Notes under the pieces: model-generated | The model's input: only the letters and a program-made list of their open reading frames with translations | Told to the model about the DNA's origin: nothing | The model's database searches: none | Assembly: GCA_016937935.1 (NCBI GenBank) | Contig: JAFGVO010000264.1 | Coordinates: forward strand, 1-48,259 | Source of the DNA: Deltaproteobacteria bacterium | GTDB taxonomy: Bacteria; Myxococcota_A; Polyangia; JAAYKL01 | Length of the DNA: 48,259 bases | Direction of reading: 5' to 3' | Shown here: positions 9,479 through 18,084 of the stretch, in pieces | Position numbering within the stretch: position 1 is the first letter of the stretch | How the letters are laid out: each line of letters opens with the position of its first letter | Translations under genes and position numbers: made by a program

Positions 9479-9488
9479 AGGTAAAAAT

Positions 9489-9914
9489 ATGAGTAAAACA
9501 GAAACTGAAAACAAAAAAATGGAAATATTGCTTGTTGACGATGATATTGATTTTTTAGAACAGCAGAAAATAATGCTGACATCTAACGGGTATGATGTAA
9601 TTTTAGCAAATACCAGAATTGATGCCGAAAAGATTCTGGAAAATAAAAAACCGGACTTCGCTATTATTGATCTGATGATGGCTGAAAAAGATGATGGATT
9701 TGTTTTAAGCTACCATATTAAAAAATTGTACCCTGATGTTCCTGTGATAATTCTTACAGCTGTTACAAGCGAGACCGGCCTTGAATTTGACCTTACCGGA
9801 AAAGATAGTGCCTGGGTAAAAGCTGATGCTCTAATGTCGAAACCCGTAAGATTTGAACAGCTTCAAAGGGAGATTGAAAGACTCTGTAAAAATAAAGTAT
9901 CTACCGATTTATAA
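9489..9914 (+). CDS. single-domain CheY-like response regulator (no output domain)
   Basis: The ORF track begins at 9405 inside hydS. ATG 9489 lies 10 nt after the hydS stop. Receiver residues: LLVDDD, phospho-acceptor in AIIDLMM, LTAV and SKP. About 141 aa with no DNA-binding domain. Confidence 0.85.
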   Translation: MSKTETENKKMEILLVDDDIDFLEQQKIMLTSNGYDVILANTRIDAEKILENKKPDFAIIDLMMAEKDDGFVLSYHIKKLYPDVPVIILTAVTSETGLEFDLTGKDSAWVKADALMSKPVRFEQLQREIERLCKNKVSTDL

Positions 9915-9944
9915 ACTTCTTGGATTTTCTACAACTGCTTTTTA

Positions 9945-11123
9945 ATGCAGGCAGTAAAGGTTAGTGAGATGAAATACCAGTTTAAAATAGTTATTACTGA
10001 TGATGAAGAGGGTATGCGTCTTGGAATCAAGCGGGCATTGGAATCAGAGGAGTGCAGAGTCTTTGATCAGGATGTTGAAGTTTCATTTGAAATATTTACA
10101 GCCGCAACAGGTGAAGAGTGCCTTGAAATTGCAGAAAAAGAATCTCCTCATCTCTACTTTTTAGATTATAAATTGCCGGGTATCAACGGCATTGAAACCC
10201 TTTCGAAGCTTAAACAGATTAATACGGACAATAATTATCTGGTAATAATGATGACAGCCTATGCGTCACTTCAAACTGCTGTAGCTGCAACAAGAGAAGG
10301 GGCATATGATTTTCTGGCGAAGCCATTTACCCCCAAAGAGGTAAGAGTCGCTTTAAAAAAATCAGTCCGTACTCTAATTTATCAGCTCCAGGCACAAAGA
10401 TTAAGAGAAGAAAAAAAGCAGGTAAGATTTGAATTTATTTCAGTACTCTCCCATGAATTAAAAGCCCCGATCGGCGCAGTGGAAGGATATTTAGATCTCA
10501 TAAGCGAAGGATATGTAACAGATAAAGAGTCAACAGACCGTATTTTAAGCAGATGCAGAACCAGGTTAAACGGAATGAGGAAACTCATTTTCGATCTTAT
10601 TGATATGACCAGGATTGAGGCTGGCACAAAAAAAAGGAATGTCAGTTTAATCAATTTCTACCCTGCTTTAAGTGAGGCAGTTGAACTTGTGGAAGCCCCA
10701 AGACAGAAACGAAATATTAAAATAAATATTACCTGCGATGAAACATTAACTTTCAATTGTGACAGAACAGAAATTGATATCGTTTTGAACAATCTAATTT
10801 CTAACGCAGTAAAATATAATAAAGACAATGGTACAGTTTCTATCACTGTTTACAAAAGAGAGACTCAACTTTTTATTGAAGTTTCAGACACTGGAATTGG
10901 CCTTACACAAAAAGAGGCAGACAAACTTTTTGGCGAATTTGTACGAATTAAAAATTCAAAAACAACTTCCATTGAAGGCTCAGGACTCGGCCTGTCAACT
11001 GTAAAAAAGATTGCGGAACTCTATAAAGGATCTGCTACTGTAAAAAGTGTTCCGGATGAGGGAACTACATTTACTGTTATTTTAAACGAGGGGGAGCATG
11101 AAGGGGCAGGTTATGAAAACTGA
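9945..11123 (+). CDS. hybrid receiver-histidine kinase (N-terminal REC, then HisKA + HATPase)
   Basis: REC domain (ITDDEEG, FLDYKLPG, MMTAY, AKPF), then H-box SVLSHELKAPI, N-box NLISNAVKYN, G1 DTGIGL and G2 GSGLGLS. An alternative start is ATG 9969 (MKYQF). No sensory or TM region. Confidence 0.85.
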   Translation: MQAVKVSEMKYQFKIVITDDEEGMRLGIKRALESEECRVFDQDVEVSFEIFTAATGEECLEIAEKESPHLYFLDYKLPGINGIETLSKLKQINTDNNYLVIMMTAYASLQTAVAATREGAYDFLAKPFTPKEVRVALKKSVRTLIYQLQAQRLREEKKQVRFEFISVLSHELKAPIGAVEGYLDLISEGYVTDKESTDRILSRCRTRLNGMRKLIFDLIDMTRIEAGTKKRNVSLINFYPALSEAVELVEAPRQKRNIKINITCDETLTFNCDRTEIDIVLNNLISNAVKYNKDNGTVSITVYKRETQLFIEVSDTGIGLTQKEADKLFGEFVRIKNSKTTSIEGSGLGLSTVKKIAELYKGSATVKSVPDEGTTFTVILNEGEHEGAGYEN

Positions 11124-12513
11124 GAATACAGAACAGAACATAATTGATGAGAATAAAATTTATTCTATTCTTCATAAAGGTTCTAAATATTCATCACAGG
11201 AGATACTTGATATCCTTAAAAGTGCCAGGGACCTGAAGGGCCTTAACATGGATAGTGTTTCAGCATTAATGACTGTTGAGGATGAAACACTTTTAAACGA
11301 AATTTTTAAAACAGCAAAAGAGATCAAAAATAAAATTTACGGACAGCGGCTGGTTATTTTTGCACCTTTATACGTTTCTAATTTATGCAATAATGAATGT
11401 ACCTATTGTGCATTTCGTGCTGGTAACAAAAACATTAAAAGAGTTGCTCTGACACAGGAACAAATTCAAGATGAAACACTTCACCTTATCAATGAGGGGC
11501 ACAAGCGAGTTCTTCTTGTAGCCGGAGAATCATATCCCCAAAACAAGTTTGAATATATTCTCCATGCAGTTGATTCTGTTTATAAAACAAAACATGCAAA
11601 TGGAGAAATAAGACGAGTCAACGTTAACATCGCGCCACTTGATCTTGCCCAGTTTAAAGAGCTGAAAAAAAGGGACATCGGCACTTATCAGCTTTTTCAG
11701 GAGACCTATCATAAGGCTACCTACAAAGATGTTCATACCAAAGGTAAAAAAGCAGATTACGATTATCGCCTTACTGCAATGGACAGGGCCATAGAAGCAG
11801 GTATTGACGATGTTGGAATTGGTGTTCTGTTTGGACTTTACGACTGGAAATTTGAAGTACTGGCACTGTTACAGCATACACAACATCTTGAAAATAAATT
11901 TGGTGTAGGTCCTCACACAATAAGTGTTCCAAGGATTGAACCTGCAGGAGGCTCAAGTTATTCTCTTAATCCCGAAAATGCGGTTTCTGATTCTGACTTT
12001 AAAAAGCTTATTGCAATCTTAAGAATAGCTGTCCCCTATACCGGAATCATAATGTCCACAAGGGAGAACAGCGAATTAAGAAGTGAAACCTTTGCCCTAG
12101 GTGTTTCACAAATATCCGCAGGAAGCCGAACAAACCCTGGAGGCTATAGTGACGAGAATGCTGATGCCCAGGCCCAGTTTTCACTTGGTGATCATCGCTG
12201 CCTTGATGAAGTTATAAAAGACATAGCATCAATGGGTTACTTCCCATCATTTTGTACGGGCTGTTACCGCCTTGGACGAACAGGTGCTGATTTTATGGAT
12301 CTTGCAAAACCCGGAGATATAAGAAATCACTGTGACCCCAATGCCATTTCAACATTCATGGAATACCTTATGGACTATGCTTCTGATGAAACAAAAAGTG
12401 CAGGATTAAAAGCAATTGAAAAAGCGTGTAAAACCATGGAGCCCATACCTGCCCAAAGATCCCGCAAATTTATTGAAAAAATTAAAAGTGGTGAACGTGA
12501 TGTCTACTGTTGA
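11098..12513 (+). CDS. hydG: [FeFe]-hydrogenase maturase HydG (radical SAM tyrosine lyase)
   Basis: Radical SAM CNNECTYC (CX3CX2C) plus the C-terminal CX2CX22C motif (CTGCYRLGRTGADFMDLAKPGDIRNHC) diagnostic of HydG. The start could be ATG 11113. It overlaps the end of the kinase gene. Confidence 0.9.
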   Translation: MKGQVMKTENTEQNIIDENKIYSILHKGSKYSSQEILDILKSARDLKGLNMDSVSALMTVEDETLLNEIFKTAKEIKNKIYGQRLVIFAPLYVSNLCNNECTYCAFRAGNKNIKRVALTQEQIQDETLHLINEGHKRVLLVAGESYPQNKFEYILHAVDSVYKTKHANGEIRRVNVNIAPLDLAQFKELKKRDIGTYQLFQETYHKATYKDVHTKGKKADYDYRLTAMDRAIEAGIDDVGIGVLFGLYDWKFEVLALLQHTQHLENKFGVGPHTISVPRIEPAGGSSYSLNPENAVSDSDFKKLIAILRIAVPYTGIIMSTRENSELRSETFALGVSQISAGSRTNPGGYSDENADAQAQFSLGDHRCLDEVIKDIASMGYFPSFCTGCYRLGRTGADFMDLAKPGDIRNHCDPNAISTFMEYLMDYASDETKSAGLKAIEKACKTMEPIPAQRSRKFIEKIKSGERDVYC

Positions 12514-13915
12514 AAATAAAATTTTGACCAGACTTGAAAGTGATCAGCTTGGACAACTTGAAATACCTGCAGATGCCCTTTATGGAATTCATACTTTAAG
12601 GGCACTTGATAATTTTAAAATATCAAATCGCAAAGTGAATCCGGTTCTGGCAAAAGCTGTTGCCACAGTCAAGCTTGCAGCTGCGAGGACAAATCGAAAT
12701 ATTGAAAAAAACGGGGAAAATTTATTAAAGTGGGATGGGATTATTAATGCCTGTGAACAACTTGCAGGTGGTGTCGGACTTGATCAGATAATAGTAGATG
12801 CTTTAAGTGGCGGAGCCGGAACAAGCATCAACATGAATGTAAATGAAGTTATCGCCAATATCACCCTCAAAGATATGAATTTAAATCCGGGAGACTATGA
12901 TAAAATATCACCTTTAAACCATATAAACTTACACCAGTCCACCAATGATGTTTTTCCGACAGCTATTAAACTGGCTTCAATTTGGGAGATTCAGTTACTT
13001 GAACAGAGCATAATTTCCCTTCAGGAGGAGTTTCAGAAAAAAGAGAAAGAGTTTTCTGATGTAGTTAAAATTGGACGCACGGAATTTCAGGATGCTGTGC
13101 TTACAACTTTAGGAAAAACAATGTCTGCAGCGGCTGATGCATTTGCCAGAGACAGATGGAGAGTTTATAAATGCATTGAACGACTCCGTGTAATAAATTT
13201 AGGCGGTACTGCTATCGGCACAGGAATTGGTGCTCCTAAAAAATACATATTTCAGATCTGTGATGAATTACGGGCAATAACAGGAATCGGTTTCGCAAGA
13301 GGTGAAAACCTCATGGATACAACACAAAACTGTGATGTCTTTGTTGAGGTATCAGGTATTTTAAAAGCCCTTGCAACATCCCTGATAAAAATATCAACGG
13401 ATTTAAGAATTCTTTCAAGCGGACCTGACAGCGGTTTTGGAGAGATTATTATTGAAGCAAAACAGGCAGGCTCATCCATTATGCCTGGCAAAGTTAATCC
13501 CGTAATTCCGGAAGCTGTTACCCAGGGTGCCATGCAGGTTATTGGAAACGACACAGTTATAACAATTGCAGCATCTTCGGGGAATCTTGAAATTAATCAA
13601 TTTTTACCATTGATTGCGGATAATCTCTTAACATCAATACAGCTTCTGACAAACAGTGTTACCTCACTAGGTGAAAACTGTATTTCAACTTTAAAGGCAG
13701 ATAAAAAAAGATGCCGCAAAAATATTGAATCCGGCACAGCTATCGCAACTGCCATTGTTCCTGTTTTAGGTTATGATGAGGTCTCAAGATTGACATCCAA
13801 AAGCATTAAAGAGGGTATTCCTCTTATACAGCTTGTTGTAAATGAAACCTCTTTATCAAATGAAGATATTGAAAAATTAACAACTCCTACAGCAGTCTGC
13901 AAACTGGGATATTAA
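12500..13915 (+). CDS. aspartate ammonia-lyase / fumarase-family lyase homolog
   Basis: The ORF track starts at 12416 inside hydG. ATG 12500 (MSTVENK) overlaps the hydG stop by 14 nt. Class II fumarase/aspartase signatures are TNDVFPT and GSSIMPGKVNP. No radical SAM motif. Confidence 0.85.
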   Translation: MSTVENKILTRLESDQLGQLEIPADALYGIHTLRALDNFKISNRKVNPVLAKAVATVKLAAARTNRNIEKNGENLLKWDGIINACEQLAGGVGLDQIIVDALSGGAGTSINMNVNEVIANITLKDMNLNPGDYDKISPLNHINLHQSTNDVFPTAIKLASIWEIQLLEQSIISLQEEFQKKEKEFSDVVKIGRTEFQDAVLTTLGKTMSAAADAFARDRWRVYKCIERLRVINLGGTAIGTGIGAPKKYIFQICDELRAITGIGFARGENLMDTTQNCDVFVEVSGILKALATSLIKISTDLRILSSGPDSGFGEIIIEAKQAGSSIMPGKVNPVIPEAVTQGAMQVIGNDTVITIAASSGNLEINQFLPLIADNLLTSIQLLTNSVTSLGENCISTLKADKKRCRKNIESGTAIATAIVPVLGYDEVSRLTSKSIKEGIPLIQLVVNETSLSNEDIEKLTTPTAVCKLGY

Positions 13916-13916
13916 A

Positions 13917-15155
13917 ATGTCAAAAAAAATAAGAACACCAAAAGGTATGCGGCTTCACATTGGTATTTTTGGCAGGCGCAATGTGGGAAAGTCCACAGTA
14001 TTAAACGCGCTTACAAATCAGAATGTGTCAATAGTTTCAAACCAGGCCGGCACAACAACCGACCCTGTTGAAAAACCAATGGAGCTTTTGCCATTAGGCC
14101 CGGTTATTTTTATTGATACCGCAGGAATCGATGACGAAGGTGATTTGGGTGAACTAAGAATTCAAAAAAGCATGAACGCTGTAAAGCGAACAGATATTGG
14201 TATTATAGTTTCTGACAGCGGAAAAATTGAAAAATTTGAACAGAGACTCATTACAATCTTTAAAGAATATAAAATTCCATTTTTTATAATTTTTAACAAA
14301 AGTGATCTTCAGGAGATTTTTCAGGAGACCGCTAATTATCTTGAAAATGAAAAAATATCATACGTAAAAACAGGTGCTAAAGATGGCATTGGAATAAACC
14401 TGATTAAAAACGAAATTATAAAGACCGCCCCTGAAGATTATCTTGCAGGCCAGCCAATTGCAGGTGATTTGGTTCCTCCTGGAGAGACCGCAATACTTGT
14501 TGTACCAATAGATAAAGAGGCTCCCAAAGGCCGTCTTATTCTTCCTCAGGTGCAGACAATCAGAGATCTTCTTGATTCTGACACAGTGGTAATGGTTGTA
14601 AAAGAGCGTGAACTCTCCCATGCATTGGATAACCTCAAACGTCCCCCTGCCCTTGTCATTACAGACTCTCAGGCATTTTTAAAAGTTGCCGCCGACACTC
14701 CTGACAATATACCAATAACAAGTTTTTCAATTCTTTTTGCCCGCTTAAAAGGAGATCTTGCCACCCAGGTAAAAGGAACCTTTGCAATTGACACATTAGA
14801 AAACGGAGACAAAATTCTTGTGGCAGAAGCGTGCACTCACCATCCAATCGGAGAAGATATCGGAAGAGTAAAAATACCAAGATGGATTACATCCTACTCA
14901 GGTAAAGATATTATTTTTGACACAGTCCAGGGACACGATTTTCCACCAAACTTAAAAGATTACAAACTGGTAATCCACTGCGGCGCATGCATGTTTAATA
15001 AAAAAGCCGTACTATCAAGAATCCTCGAGTGCAGTCTGGCGGGCGTACCAATAACCAACTACGGTCTAATAATAGCAAAAAGCCTTGGCATCTTAAAACG
15101 AGTCCTTAAACCATTCCCCGCCGCATACAATATCTTTGAAGAACTGGACGAGTAA
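13917..15155 (+). CDS. hydF: [FeFe]-hydrogenase maturase GTPase/scaffold HydF
   Basis: GTPase motifs GRRNVGKST, DTAG and NKSD. C-terminal cluster-binding CTHHP ... HCGACMF (CxH...HCxxC). The start is 1 nt after the preceding stop. Confidence 0.9.
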   Translation: MSKKIRTPKGMRLHIGIFGRRNVGKSTVLNALTNQNVSIVSNQAGTTTDPVEKPMELLPLGPVIFIDTAGIDDEGDLGELRIQKSMNAVKRTDIGIIVSDSGKIEKFEQRLITIFKEYKIPFFIIFNKSDLQEIFQETANYLENEKISYVKTGAKDGIGINLIKNEIIKTAPEDYLAGQPIAGDLVPPGETAILVVPIDKEAPKGRLILPQVQTIRDLLDSDTVVMVVKERELSHALDNLKRPPALVITDSQAFLKVAADTPDNIPITSFSILFARLKGDLATQVKGTFAIDTLENGDKILVAEACTHHPIGEDIGRVKIPRWITSYSGKDIIFDTVQGHDFPPNLKDYKLVIHCGACMFNKKAVLSRILECSLAGVPITNYGLIIAKSLGILKRVLKPFPAAYNIFEELDE

Positions 15156-15245
15156 TTTCTACTGTTAAATTTTAGGCTTAAATTTCAAGATTTAAAGAGA
15201 GTTGATATTGGTAGTATTTTTTCATCGCCAACAAGGACAAAGATG

Positions 15246-17189
15246 CTAATCTATTATAATGCCTTTATCTTTATTTAGACAATTAGCGCTGCAGGTAGAG
15301 GTACCGCTACCGTTATTGTAGCCCTCGTCGCATTGCTCGTCACCGTTTAGTATACTGTCACCACAATAAGGACCCATTTTACACTCCACACTGCATTCAT
15401 CGTATCCAGGGTCACCTTCAACGTTGTTATCCCCGTGGTCACATTCCTCTTCGCCAATGACTATTCCATCTCCGCACACCGAGTTACAACTGGTTTGGGA
15501 AGACTGAAATCCGTTGAGGGTAAGCATGTAGTTTGATGCGCCAAACATGCGTTCTGCATGAAACACCTTGAGTTCGTAGAGTTGGCCTTTTTCGAGTCCG
15601 AGATTCACCTCAAGGGTTCCGATTGATACCCCTGTAGATGTTCCGTCTGCGTTTAATGTCAGCGTACCTTCAAGCCTGGAATGCATTCCCCCAAGATCTA
15701 AAACCAGTGTGTTTTTGATAAACACCCACACATCATCATCACCTGAAAAAGTCAGCTCTTCGCCGCCCTTGAATTCAAACCAGGTGGTCACCACAGAGGT
15801 AAAGGCACCGCCGCTCGAATTTGTTCCACTGACATCGGTTGTATGCCACCCGCCGTTTTCATCACCTGCCAGGGGAACAAATGAGTTGACGGTTGAGGGT
15901 TCACATGTGTAGGGATCCATATTTCTACTGTCAAACATGTACACATCGTCAGATCCGTCTTGCCTGGCCAAACATAAATTTTTCAGCACTGTGTAGGCAG
16001 GATGCCACTCAACATAGTCCGGGGTTCCGTAGTTTTGTCCGGGGGTGCCCGTATACCACTCTGCAAATGATTCTGCACTGTAAAATTGATTGCCAAAAAG
16101 ACAGTCTGAAGCGGCGCCGCCGGGGGCGCCCAAACAATTTCCGCTTGCTACAGGAATGCCGTTTTTTAATTTGTTTTCTACAAGCCCGGCTGTTCCCTGA
16201 CCACTATATATTTGAAAATCCGGATGGGCCAGATCTGTGTTTGAACTGTTCCCGTAAATAAAATCTCTGTACACAATAGGAACCAGCAATTTATCGGGAA
16301 GCGCCTCTGTTTCCAGTTCGCACTGCCATCCTTTTTCAATTTTGCATTCGCTGCTGCAGCCATCGTTGTCGATATTATTTCCATCATCGCACTCATATGT
16401 GTCCCCCGGCAGAATCATACCATCGCCACACCGAGAAGAGCATTCGCCATCTACACACACCGGCTCCATTTTACAGGTAGGCGAGCATCCGCTGCCGGGC
16501 ATATTGGAACCCGTATCGCATGCCTCGTCGCCTTCGACCACACCGTCACCACACTGCGTACGCCTGCACACCCAATCCTCTTCCGCCGGGCAAATCCAGT
16601 ACCGAGGCCGATCTTCGGAATCATAAATAATATCAGTTTCAACCTCACAGATGTCGCTGCACCCCGCCCCGGTTATCTTGTTATTGTCCGTATCAACACC
16701 GTCATCACATTTCTCAGGACCCGAAACAACACCGTCACCACACATACCGGTTAACGCATAGCAGTAATCTGCACACTGATCACACGCACCTTCGGACATA
16801 AAGGGGGAATCCCATGCGCACATACCGGCATTTTCTGAACCTTCCTGCCCGCAGACGCACGGAATGCAACTATTGGGAGAGTAATTGTTCGTGTCTGCAA
16901 CTTGCGTATCCGCATCTATGTTTTGTGTGTCGGTGTCTGTATTTTTTTTACTAGCCAGACTACCGTCCCAGTAAAATTCACCCTTGGGGCATGATGGGGT
17001 TACTGTTATGGTATCGCTGTCAGTACTTATACCGGTTGTATCTGGATTGACACCGCGGCTATCTGTATCAGAATCGTTAATACTATCACTATCATTTTCG
17101 TTTTCTTCACTCAAGTCATCGCTGCAGCCAGCCAGAAAGGTGAAGACAAAAAGTGTCATCATCCAAATTAATACAAATATATTTCTCAT
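15246..17189 (-). CDS. secreted lipoprotein with Myxococcus-type cysteine-rich repeats and a fibro-slime (PA14-like) domain
   Basis: The likely start is ATG 17189 (MRNIFVLIWMMTLFVFTFLAGC, with lipobox LAGC and a GGAGGAG RBS); the ORF track extends to 17243. Content: an Asp/Ser/Thr-rich linker, repeated CGDG..(E/D).CD.G....DGCS..C units, and a central VPIVYRDF...HPDF...FSGDDDVWVFIKNTLVLDLGGMH segment typical of the fibro-slime domain. Confidence 0.8.
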   Translation of the reverse strand: MRNIFVLIWMMTLFVFTFLAGCSDDLSEENENDSDSINDSDTDSRGVNPDTTGISTDSDTITVTPSCPKGEFYWDGSLASKKNTDTDTQNIDADTQVADTNNYSPNSCIPCVCGQEGSENAGMCAWDSPFMSEGACDQCADYCYALTGMCGDGVVSGPEKCDDGVDTDNNKITGAGCSDICEVETDIIYDSEDRPRYWICPAEEDWVCRRTQCGDGVVEGDEACDTGSNMPGSGCSPTCKMEPVCVDGECSSRCGDGMILPGDTYECDDGNNIDNDGCSSECKIEKGWQCELETEALPDKLLVPIVYRDFIYGNSSNTDLAHPDFQIYSGQGTAGLVENKLKNGIPVASGNCLGAPGGAASDCLFGNQFYSAESFAEWYTGTPGQNYGTPDYVEWHPAYTVLKNLCLARQDGSDDVYMFDSRNMDPYTCEPSTVNSFVPLAGDENGGWHTTDVSGTNSSGGAFTSVVTTWFEFKGGEELTFSGDDDVWVFIKNTLVLDLGGMHSRLEGTLTLNADGTSTGVSIGTLEVNLGLEKGQLYELKVFHAERMFGASNYMLTLNGFQSSQTSCNSVCGDGIVIGEEECDHGDNNVEGDPGYDECSVECKMGPYCGDSILNGDEQCDEGYNNGSGTSTCSANCLNKDKGIIID

Positions 17190-17481
17190 TTTACTCCTCC
17201 GAACATTATTGGTGAGGGACAAACACATCCCCATACCATTCATTATTACTTTTAGTTGTTATTTTCCTTATAAATAACGAAACAAAAGCAAAAACCGCAC
17301 ATAGGTAAAACAAAGTATCTTTTTCTGATTTCTGAATGTGGCATTTGCCCTCCTAAACGCATATTATATTGTTCATGAAATAAATATCGCATTTAAGCGG
17401 GAAAATTAACAAAGAAACTTTATGTTTTGTATAAATCTGAGGAACCAGGACCTTTCAGAAAAGAGCTTTTTATCTGTTTGT

Positions 17482-17961
17482 CTATAATGACAAAGGGATT
17501 TTCTTTTTAGCTCGTGATAATACTACGAGATGATCTCGTTCTTCTTTTATAATCTTGTCAATTATTGGTTGATATTTATCTCCCAATGCTTCGCCAATAT
17601 CTTTTTGAAGGGACAGTTGCTCTTTTTCAAACTCAATAGAAAGATTTAGCAACTCCACATCATCTTTACTTGCATCAATTCGTGCAAAGGCATCACTTTT
17701 TCCTCCTTCTGCACTCAACGCTTCCAGATAGTCGACATATTCATCAGGGTATGCCCCTTTGGAAGGATCTTTTTTAAGTTCATCATTCATAGTTTCAAAT
17801 TGAGAACAATGTACTTCTTCAACAGCGCTTAACGTATTAAACACGCCTTTAAGTTCTTCATTTTTAGCTTTATTGGCCAGTGCTTTATAAAGCTCAATGC
17901 CACTTCGTTCATCAGCAATCGCAACATCAATTAACTTTGTAATATCAAAACTAGTACCCAT
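17482..17961 (-). CDS. rubrerythrin/ferritin-like diiron four-helix-bundle protein
   Basis: ATG 17961 (MGTSFD) is preceded by AAGGAG; the ORF track extends to 18000. Paired E...ExxH-type motifs (ADERSG, EEVH, EFEKE, EERDH) match rubrerythrin-like diiron sites. Confidence 0.7.
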   Translation of the reverse strand: MGTSFDITKLIDVAIADERSGIELYKALANKAKNEELKGVFNTLSAVEEVHCSQFETMNDELKKDPSKGAYPDEYVDYLEALSAEGGKSDAFARIDASKDDVELLNLSIEFEKEQLSLQKDIGEALGDKYQPIIDKIIKEERDHLVVLSRAKKKIPLSL

Positions 17962-18071
17962 ATAAATCTCCTTAACTGTTAACAAAACTTGTTTTATCAT
18001 AATTAACTATTTTCTAATTTAAACCTAACCACCACTTTTGAAATGACAAACTTAAAATTCAGAAACTATTC

Positions 18072-18084
18072 CCGGACGGAGGCT
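18072..18084 (-). repeat. isolated inverted copy of the GCCTCCGTCCGG repeat core
   Basis: The plus strand reads CCGGACGGAGGCT, so the minus strand reads AGCCTCCGTCCGG(GAAT). Twelve consecutive nt are identical to the 2.2-kb array core. It lies about 107 nt upstream of the rubrerythrin-like ATG and in the same orientation as that gene. Confidence 0.7.

Noticed and set aside
9405-9488. 5' extensions of track ORFs (9405 for the receiver, 12416 for the lyase, 40966 for rpsE, 48177 for rpsJ, 17243 for the lipoprotein, 18000 for the rubrerythrin-like gene)
   Set aside because: The extensions overlap the preceding gene's coding region. Internal ATGs with proper RBSs give N-termini that match the family consensus.
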